A stretch of 64,000 nt of DNA from an uncultured virus (IMG/VR IMGVR_UViG_3300019373_000270). Lineage: Duplodnaviria > Heunggongvirae > Uroviricota > Caudoviricetes. The notes under the pieces were generated by a model. It was not told the DNA's origin, did not search any database, and was given only the letters and a program-made list of their open reading frames with translations. This document shows positions 57,049 through 64,000 of the stretch, piece by piece. The translations under genes were made by a program, and so were the position numbers. The first letter of the stretch is position 1; every line of letters begins with the position of its first letter. The DNA is taken from the IMG/VR virus record IMGVR_UViG_3300019373_000270; one strand, given 5' to 3'.

Positions 57049-60000
57049 ATGGCTTTGTCGGTTTTTGATATCAAAGAAATATTGCGTCCCAGAATTTCAA
57101 CTATGCCGTCCGACGATTTCAGGATCATTGATTCATGGGTTGAAGTTGACCAAAATTCTTCGAAATCGGTTCCCAAAAGACCGATAAAATACCTTTGTTA
57201 TAAAATAGAGGTGATAAATCCCGGCAGCGGTGAAAAAAATACCGTTTATAAAGCGCTGAAATTTTACAGGGTTAAAAGACTCCCTAAATCAGCAAAAGAA
57301 TCCAAAGCATTTATGGACATGCATTCTCAGGTTCTTGCAGCTTTGTACGAGAACGAGATCGACTTTGTGACCATTATTGCAAATATAATGGATCCGCCTT
57401 TGGGATTGTTATTCCTGTACGGTGTTCAGGGTGTCTCAAAAAACCTTGATGACGCAAAGATGATAGCAGATACTGACTATGTGTCTTTGGGAGCAGCTCT
57501 TCAAGGTACTTATAAAGTACTGCATATGCAGCATATAGAGCAGCAGGAAACAGAATGGCTCAGGCAGAAGATGTTCAATATGGACTACATGACGGCTGTG
57601 AGAGGCATACCTAAGGCTAATTCGCAAGGCGTTAATGTTTCTAAAACAACGATGGATAACAAACAGCAGAACGCTGACGGTTCGGGTACCCTTGAAGAGA
57701 TAATTCTCGGTATGTCTGATTATGAGTATGTTATCCAGATCTTATCCACTCCTGTAAAAATGGATACTCTGGCTGCATGGAGTGTTGCTAACCAGATGAA
57801 TATGACAGAATGGAATGAGCAGCTGCAAGGTACAAAGAACCTTAACTTCTCATTGAGTATCCCCATGATGTACATGGCAAATACATCAAATTCAAAAGGT
57901 TGGAATCAGGCGTATTCTGATTCTTCTACCGTTTCGCATGGAACAGGACACTCCTTCAATACGGGTTACGGAGAAAATCTCAGTAATGGTATCAGCATGA
58001 ATTACGGTCAGGCTGTTGGTCAGTCAACCGGACATACATTTTCAAATACCATCTCTAATACAGAGTCAATAACTCAGAGCGTGAGTCAGGGACAATCTTT
58101 AACGCACAGCGTAGGAGAAAGCCTCGGATTATCGCAAGGTCACACACAAGGATTTACTCAGGGTGTTTCCGAAAACTATGGTCATAACACATCTAACAGT
58201 CTTAACCATAGTATAAGCAATAATGTATCCAACAGTTTCGGTATCAGTCAGAATCACGGATATTCTCATGGAACATCTGTTAATATCGGTGAAAGTGTAA
58301 GTCAGGGTGCCGGTATATCCGAAGGATACGGATCGAGCATTTCTCAGAACTCCAGTCATTCCATTAATCAAGGTTCCAGTTTTAACAGTTCTGCTTCCCA
58401 GTCACAGGGATTTAGTCAGAGCCAGTCTTATAATCAATCCTTTGGTCAATCATCTTCCATGTCCAATTCACTATCAAGCGGCAGGTCGATGAATTTTGGT
58501 CAAGGAGAAAGCTGGAACACCGGTCAGAGTTTTACTCACGGTGCTTCACAGACTGCATCTCAAGGAATCAGTTTCGGTGAAAGTGCAAATGTCGGCAATA
58601 GCTGGAATACTTCCAACGGAATTACAGAAGGATATTCATCGGGAACATCAAGCAGTCACGGAATGAGTGCCGGGAATAGTCTGGGTGATGGAACTTCTTT
58701 TAGTACATCCAACAGTTCAGGTCATAATTCCGGAGGCAACATTAATTTTAGTGTTGGTCCGGTCTCTTCTGGAAGTTCTTCCGGTGATAGTACATCGTCC
58801 GGAACCACGAACGGTGATAGCATTAATATCTCTGTAAACATGGGTGAAAATGGCGGATATGGATTTTCTGAATCCAATAGTGTTTCTAACAGTTCGTCAT
58901 TCAGCGAAGGCGGTTCTTTTTCACATGGACAGAACTGGGGAGCAAGTTCTTCTCTTTCTCAGGGGCTGTCAGTCAGTGAAGGCTTGAGCGTCGGTCACGG
59001 CGGTTCGATAAATCAATCCTATGGTTTTAATGCGTCACAGTCTCAGGGTATAACTAACGGACAATCATTTTCTCAGTCTATTGGTACAGGACAGTCATTG
59101 TCCAGTACACAAGGAATATCCAACGGCTGGGGACAAAGTTACTCACTGGGCGAATCTTCGGGTATGGGAGCATCTCAAAGTCAAAATCAGGGCTTTTCAC
59201 AGAACTACGGCTCAAGTTCGACCTTTAGTCAAGGTCAGAGTGAATCTATATCCGAATCTGTTGGTACATCTCAGAGTCAGTCGGTAGGTTCTGGCGAATC
59301 GTGGGGACTTGGACAATCGGAAGGTTTCTCCGAAAGTATGGGATATTCAAGGTCTGCCTCTGATTCTCTTTCACGTTCTGTTTCTAATTCTATATCGAGT
59401 TCGGACAGCTACGGTCAGTCCTATTCTCAGTCACAAGGATATTCTCAGGGTATAAGCCGAGGAATGTCTGTAGGAGAAACATCTTCACAGTCATATACCC
59501 AAAATGTATCACAAGGCTCATCTATGAGTTCGGGAACAAGCAAGTCCGTATCTCAGGGACAAAGTATATCCGACAGCTTAGGCAGAAGTCTTGGTCAGTC
59601 GATGGGAACGTCCGGTGCTTTTGCTACATCTACAGGCGGATCAATGGGTCTTGGACCGTCGATCAGCTACGGCAAGTCTTACCAGTGGCTTGATCAGCAA
59701 GTCAAGGATATTTTGGAAATCCTTGATTATGAGAATGAAAGATTAAAGAATGCATTAAAAGGCAATGGTGCATTTTATACTTATGTATATATTGCCTGCG
59801 CATCACAAGATGCATTGGCGGCTGCAAAAGCACTCGCCAAATCATCTTGGCAGAATGATCATGCTCTCAGAATGCCGCTTCAAGTCCTTGATCTTGAATC
59901 GGAAGAACAAAGACATCTGCTTTACCACTTTGCCGCATTCTCAGCAGACATCACTAGAACTTCGGTTTCAGGCGTGTCTGAGTATAAATACGCAACAGTA

Positions 60001-61482
60001 CTGCTCCCCAGTGAACTTGTTGCGTATACTCATCCTCCGAGAGCTTCGGAAGGCGGTATATACAGTGATGTAAATGATGTTCCAAAATTTGCTGTACCTT
60101 CGATGATGCAGGGCGAGATCTACATGGGTACAGTGCTTTCATCGGAACGATTTACTATCAATAATGGATATTCAACTCCATTTGACTATAGAATAGATGA
60201 ATCCATGCTTATGCATGGTTATTTCACAGGTCAGTCGAGATCGGGTAAAACAGTTGCGGCGATGCGTTTTATAGCTGAACTTTCAAGAGCGAGAAGAAAA
60301 ACCACGGGTAAAAGGTTCAGGATCGTCTGCATGGATCCTAAGTCTGACTGGCGTTCTCTCGCAAGGTTCGTTGAACCTGAGCGATTTAACTTCTACAGCC
60401 TTGGCAATCCGAATTTCCATCCAATACACTTTAATCCGTGTAAGATACCTTACGGTGTTTATCCGCAAAAATGGGTTGACGGAATGATAGATATTTTCTG
60501 TCGTGCCTACGGGTTGCTCGAACGTGGTAAGCAAATGATGGCTGATACTATATATGCACTGTATAAAAAGGCCGGAGTCTTTGAAGCTATGGACAAGGCT
60601 GACTGGAAAAACACCGTTCCGGAACTTTCTAAAAAGGTTACGTTTAAGAAAATATATAAACATATGGAATCTTTGAAAATCGCACTTGATGATCCGAAGA
60701 ACCCCAGAGGAAGAGCCGGCAACGATCAGCGAGATGCTTTTGCAAGAATATTGGATAGACTCTCGGTGTTTGACCGTGAATATTCGATAGAAGCGAGACT
60801 TTTCGGTGGGGAAGACGGAATGGGTATCGACGATTTGATAGGTGCTGATGATATAACAGTGCTTGAATCGTCCGGACTCGAATCGACTTTCTCAAACTTT
60901 ATCTTCGGTATTATCACATCGGGATTCTATCAGTATGCTAAGGCTCAGGAAGGCGGATATAAGGCACTCGACCAGTACGAAACCATTCTGGTCATTGAGG
61001 AGGCAAATAAGGTACTGACGGGCAGTGATACAGCAGGTACAGGCGGCGGACAGTCGCTTGGAATGAGCGGTCAGTCCGAATTTGAGGAAATTCTTGACCA
61101 GTCAGCAGGATACGGACTGTTTGTTATAGCGATCACACAAAAAATCGCAGATATGCCTTCGTCTATCATGGCTAATGCCGGACTTGTGTTTGCCGGTAGA
61201 CTTAAGCGTGCTGATGATATTACTGTCGTTGTCCGTACTATTGCGAGAGAAGAAAGATACGAGGACCGTGATCTTGTAAAATGGTTCCCGAGATCTCCTA
61301 CAGGATGGTTTGTTTGCCAAACATCAAGGGGTTATGACTTCCTTGATGCAGAACCGGTACTTGTAAAAATAGCTGCTCTCAATTTCGACCCGCCCACGAA
61401 TGACGAGATAGACGAAATTCTTATACAGAAAAAGATAAATATCATGCTCAACAGACAAGAACAGGTACCGGTCAACGCTTAA
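57049..61482 (+). CDS. giant HerA/VirB4/FtsK-like ATPase with ~600-aa alternating Ser/Gly insert
   Basis: Walker A GQSRSGKT, DPK.DW, Walker B ILVIEEAN, ITQ; insert at aa ~261-880. Confidence 0.85.
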   Translation: MALSVFDIKEILRPRISTMPSDDFRIIDSWVEVDQNSSKSVPKRPIKYLCYKIEVINPGSGEKNTVYKALKFYRVKRLPKSAKESKAFMDMHSQVLAALYENEIDFVTIIANIMDPPLGLLFLYGVQGVSKNLDDAKMIADTDYVSLGAALQGTYKVLHMQHIEQQETEWLRQKMFNMDYMTAVRGIPKANSQGVNVSKTTMDNKQQNADGSGTLEEIILGMSDYEYVIQILSTPVKMDTLAAWSVANQMNMTEWNEQLQGTKNLNFSLSIPMMYMANTSNSKGWNQAYSDSSTVSHGTGHSFNTGYGENLSNGISMNYGQAVGQSTGHTFSNTISNTESITQSVSQGQSLTHSVGESLGLSQGHTQGFTQGVSENYGHNTSNSLNHSISNNVSNSFGISQNHGYSHGTSVNIGESVSQGAGISEGYGSSISQNSSHSINQGSSFNSSASQSQGFSQSQSYNQSFGQSSSMSNSLSSGRSMNFGQGESWNTGQSFTHGASQTASQGISFGESANVGNSWNTSNGITEGYSSGTSSSHGMSAGNSLGDGTSFSTSNSSGHNSGGNINFSVGPVSSGSSSGDSTSSGTTNGDSINISVNMGENGGYGFSESNSVSNSSSFSEGGSFSHGQNWGASSSLSQGLSVSEGLSVGHGGSINQSYGFNASQSQGITNGQSFSQSIGTGQSLSSTQGISNGWGQSYSLGESSGMGASQSQNQGFSQNYGSSSTFSQGQSESISESVGTSQSQSVGSGESWGLGQSEGFSESMGYSRSASDSLSRSVSNSISSSDSYGQSYSQSQGYSQGISRGMSVGETSSQSYTQNVSQGSSMSSGTSKSVSQGQSISDSLGRSLGQSMGTSGAFATSTGGSMGLGPSISYGKSYQWLDQQVKDILEILDYENERLKNALKGNGAFYTYVYIACASQDALAAAKALAKSSWQNDHALRMPLQVLDLESEEQRHLLYHFAAFSADITRTSVSGVSEYKYATVLLPSELVAYTHPPRASEGGIYSDVNDVPKFAVPSMMQGEIYMGTVLSSERFTINNGYSTPFDYRIDESMLMHGYFTGQSRSGKTVAAMRFIAELSRARRKTTGKRFRIVCMDPKSDWRSLARFVEPERFNFYSLGNPNFHPIHFNPCKIPYGVYPQKWVDGMIDIFCRAYGLLERGKQMMADTIYALYKKAGVFEAMDKADWKNTVPELSKKVTFKKIYKHMESLKIALDDPKNPRGRAGNDQRDAFARILDRLSVFDREYSIEARLFGGEDGMGIDDLIGADDITVLESSGLESTFSNFIFGIITSGFYQYAKAQEGGYKALDQYETILVIEEANKVLTGSDTAGTGGGQSLGMSGQSEFEEILDQSAGYGLFVIAITQKIADMPSSIMANAGLVFAGRLKRADDITVVVRTIAREERYEDRDLVKWFPRSPTGWFVCQTSRGYDFLDAEPVLVKIAALNFDPPTNDEIDEILIQKKINIMLNRQEQVPVNA

Positions 61483-61497
61483 CTAAACCATATAGAA

Positions 61498-61530
61498 AAA
61501 TATCCCGGCTCTGTTGTCGGGATATTTCTG
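61498..61530 (+). terminator. intrinsic terminator
   Basis: AAATATCCCGGC...GTCGGGATATTT. Confidence 0.7.
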
Positions 61531-61594
61531 TTTTTTTAAATCAAGAATTTACTGCTATAATTATATATATCAGTAAAAAAAGGAGAGATTCTAA

Positions 61595-62341
61595 ATGACA
61601 AAATCACGTAAAATACTGATTCTTTTAGTTCTGGCATTTATTTCTGCCATAGTTTCCGGTTATCTCATCTATACGTATTGCAATTCGACTAAAGGATTCA
61701 TTTACGTCTATAATGACAACTACAAAGCCGGAACAAAAATCGAGAAAAATATGTTTTCTGCGATGAAGGTTGATGATCAAATTATAAAAACGGGACAAAA
61801 GGGAAGTCTTGACACCTACTATATCACAGGAGAACATTTCTCTAAAGTGTGTGAAGGTAATGAGTATCTTTTGGACGATGTTGTAAAGGATCAGCCGCTT
61901 ACGTTTGTTGATCTGGCTCTCGCCAGTGGAACAAGCATCGAAAGATCTTTATCCGGTAACGGTATGGCTGTAACTATCCCTATCTCAGGTACGGCAGCTG
62001 TTACAGATGATCTTAGAGTCGGTTCTGTGGTAAATATCTACACAAGTGATGCCAGCGGAACTAAACTGATTTTTGAAAACATGCGTATAATAGCCAGAAA
62101 CGACGATAAAACAATATCTAAAGTGACTTTTGAAACATCTCCCGATGATACACTTGATCTGATAAATGCAACAAACAATAAAAGATTGTATTTCTCGCTG
62201 GTGTCACCTGTCGTTGATGAAAATGCCCACACAGGGTATGTTGTTAGTAAAGACGATGATTCTTCGAGTAATACTTCTGACGACCCGGACTACACCGAAG
62301 AAGTTGAACTGCCCGAAGATGATTTACCTCAAACAAACTGA
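61595..62341 (+). CDS. cpaB: Tad/Flp pilus assembly protein, CpaB/RcpC-like (SAF domain)
   Basis: N-terminal TM; KAGTKI; MAVTIPI.......LRVGSVVNI; LIFENMRII. Confidence 0.7.
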   Translation: MTKSRKILILLVLAFISAIVSGYLIYTYCNSTKGFIYVYNDNYKAGTKIEKNMFSAMKVDDQIIKTGQKGSLDTYYITGEHFSKVCEGNEYLLDDVVKDQPLTFVDLALASGTSIERSLSGNGMAVTIPISGTAAVTDDLRVGSVVNIYTSDASGTKLIFENMRIIARNDDKTISKVTFETSPDDTLDLINATNNKRLYFSLVSPVVDENAHTGYVVSKDDDSSSNTSDDPDYTEEVELPEDDLPQTN

Positions 62342-62364
62342 TACACAATTATGGAGGGATTAAT

Positions 62365-63897
62365 TTGAAAAAAGTACTGATAGTAGATAACAGACCTGCT
62401 TATTACCAGAGCATTACAAGCCGAATAGAAATAAGCGATGAACTGGAAATAGATGCAGAAGTTTTTCTGTATACAAATAATTCGGAATTTCAGGAGTATA
62501 TCACGAAAAATCATTATGATATTATTGCAATTGCAAGCGGTGTAGTCGCTGCTGATGATTTTCTAATGCCTAATGGACAGAATATTTACGGGTATCTCGA
62601 AAGAAAAAACACGGATAACACTGTTTTTACCAACAACGGCATAACTGATCTCGGATACTACAATGATTCTTACGGATTACTCCAAAAACTTGAATCATTA
62701 GAAAAAAATGTTAATGTTTCCGAGATAAAAGCGCCAGACATAAAAGGGGCTAAACAGGAACTGCCTGTCGAAATAAAGAATGATGTTCCGGCGGTAAAAA
62801 AAGAAGAAATAAAAGAAACTGTAAACGATAGTGAACCATCTAAAGCGGTTTTTTGCTCAAATTGCGGAGCGAAACTTCTGCCCGAAACTAAATTTTGTCA
62901 CTTATGCGGTACACCTGTATCAGCAGCGAATAGTGCAGAAACTATCAGGCTTGCCGCAGAGAAAAGAGAAAATAACACTGAAAATATAAATGAACTGGTC
63001 AATATGGATATTGCACCAAGCCGTCATAAGTGCAAGATAGTATCTACGTATGCAGCAAAAGGCGGAGTCGGTAAAACCACCATAGCTGCAAATCTTGCAG
63101 TACTTCTCGCTCTCACATCGACTGACAGGCGCAGAACAAAAGTTTGTATAGTCGATTTTAATATAGACTTCGGAGATGTACGCACTACCTTGAATTTTTC
63201 CCATAAAGGAAAAACAATGGTAGACTGGCTTGCTGACATAGATCTGAAAAGCAGCACCGGGATCGACTCCAAAGATATAAATTATACCAAAGAAGAGATC
63301 GAAAACTTTCTTCAGAAAAAAGTATTTAAAAAGTCTTTGAAAAATAATGAGGTCGAAATATACGGATTGATAGCACCTCTTATTCATAAAGACTCCATGG
63401 GAATATCGGAGAAAAGTTTTGAAATAATGCTGCGAAACCTCAAGGAAAACGGAGACTTCGATTACATTATCTGTGATACAGGTAATAATACAAGAGATTC
63501 CTCTTTTACAGCTCTTGACATGGCGGATACAATATTTCTTATTGCTACTCAGGACGTAACGACCGTTAACTGCAATGACAGCTTTCTAAAAACAATGGAT
63601 GAGATAGCCGACTTCGACAAGAGTAAAGTATATCTGGTTATCAATAATATAATTTCCGCAAAAGAAACCGGGGTATCTGTCAAAGATATCGAAGAGGCTG
63701 TACGAGATTTTATATGTATAGCGAGAATAAGAAGATATCCCGGTATCATTCTTGCAAACAACAAAGGTATTCCCGCTGTCTTTGACTCAGGCTCACAATT
63801 TACGAAGGAGCTGTCCGGTATAGTTTCGGTTATAACGGATGAAAATCTTGAAATAAAACCTAAGAAAAAGGGTATATTATCTATTTTTAAAAAGTAG
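62365..63897 (+). CDS. CpaE/TadZ-like MinD/ParA ATPase with receiver-like N-terminus and zinc ribbon
   Basis: KKVLIVD; CSNCG...CHLCG; AKGGVGKTT; VDFNIDFGDV; DYIICDTG. Confidence 0.8.
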   Translation: MKKVLIVDNRPAYYQSITSRIEISDELEIDAEVFLYTNNSEFQEYITKNHYDIIAIASGVVAADDFLMPNGQNIYGYLERKNTDNTVFTNNGITDLGYYNDSYGLLQKLESLEKNVNVSEIKAPDIKGAKQELPVEIKNDVPAVKKEEIKETVNDSEPSKAVFCSNCGAKLLPETKFCHLCGTPVSAANSAETIRLAAEKRENNTENINELVNMDIAPSRHKCKIVSTYAAKGGVGKTTIAANLAVLLALTSTDRRRTKVCIVDFNIDFGDVRTTLNFSHKGKTMVDWLADIDLKSSTGIDSKDINYTKEEIENFLQKKVFKKSLKNNEVEIYGLIAPLIHKDSMGISEKSFEIMLRNLKENGDFDYIICDTGNNTRDSSFTALDMADTIFLIATQDVTTVNCNDSFLKTMDEIADFDKSKVYLVINNIISAKETGVSVKDIEEAVRDFICIARIRRYPGIILANNKGIPAVFDSGSQFTKELSGIVSVITDENLEIKPKKKGILSIFKK

Positions 63898-63905
63898 GTG
63901 ACAAA

Positions 63906-64000
63906 ATGGGACTGCTTGAAAAAAGAATAAGCAAAATCGAGCGAGAAAAACAAAACGTTGCCGATAAAGTACAATCCGAAGCGGTCACGCTTGATAAAGC
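63906..64000 (+). CDS. partial CDS (position suggests CpaF/TadA)
   Basis: AGGTG RBS; MGLLEKR...; truncated by the window end. Confidence 0.5.
   Translation, partial: MGLLEKRISKIEREKQNVADKVQSEAVTLDK

Larger units (their letters stand above)
1..64000. mobile_element. Segment of a large mobile element (megaplasmid, ICE or phage-plasmid) of a Ruminococcus-like host
   Basis: Divergent copies of dnaE, dnaG, ssb, recD2, nrdD and a sigma factor, many accessory ORFs, Tad/T4SS-like genes and no core operons. Boundaries are not in the window. Confidence 0.75.

Noticed and set aside
56936..57187. 83-aa ORF overlapping the ATPase start
   Set aside because: No RBS, and it overlaps the ATPase out of frame.
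57829..59688. Serine-rich adhesin or ice-nucleation repeat
   Set aside because: No signal peptide or wall anchor, no fixed repeat unit, embedded in an ATPase, and mirror-symmetric in register.
1..64000. Prophage
   Set aside because: No capsid, terminase, portal, tail or lysis genes were recognised in this window; it cannot be excluded for the rest of the replicon.

Overview
AT-rich Firmicute DNA, almost all coded on the + strand. It is most consistent with part of a very large mobile element (megaplasmid, ICE or phage-plasmid) of a Ruminococcus-like gut anaerobe, given the Ruminococcus-style dockerin and NPxTG anchor. No rRNA, core housekeeping operons, CRISPR, transposase or phage structural genes were seen. 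Left half (~4.7-25.6 kb): short accessory operons (DUF4314, YodL-like, SpoVS, orphan methyltransferase, orphan MazF, many hypotheticals), each bracketed by an intrinsic terminator and a stereotyped promoter. Middle and right: a DNA-metabolism set (dnaG, nrdD, ssb, two tandem recD2, a stand-alone CHC2 zinc finger, dnaE with a coiled-coil insert, a double-OB SSB-like protein), a divergent sigma70-family factor and a sensory [FeFe]-hydrogenase-like protein. The window ends in a putative transfer module (replication-relaxation-like nuclease, membrane proteins, 1477-aa HerA/VirB4-like ATPase, Tad CpaB and CpaE). Three observations stand out. (1) The ATPase has a ~600-residue strictly alternating Ser/Gly insert whose only prolines (P272, P571, P870) are exactly 299 residues apart, with a register switch at the centre, as expected for one giant beta-hairpin that could build a long beta-barrel tube. 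(2) An element-wide non-canonical promoter (TTTTAT-N17-TATAAT with an internal WTTTC), often followed at fixed distance by a YGATRR-N2-3-GGAG leader box. (3) Two tRNA-like RNAs, one with a shrunken and one with a missing anticodon arm. All family assignments are by eye from motifs; no searches were run.
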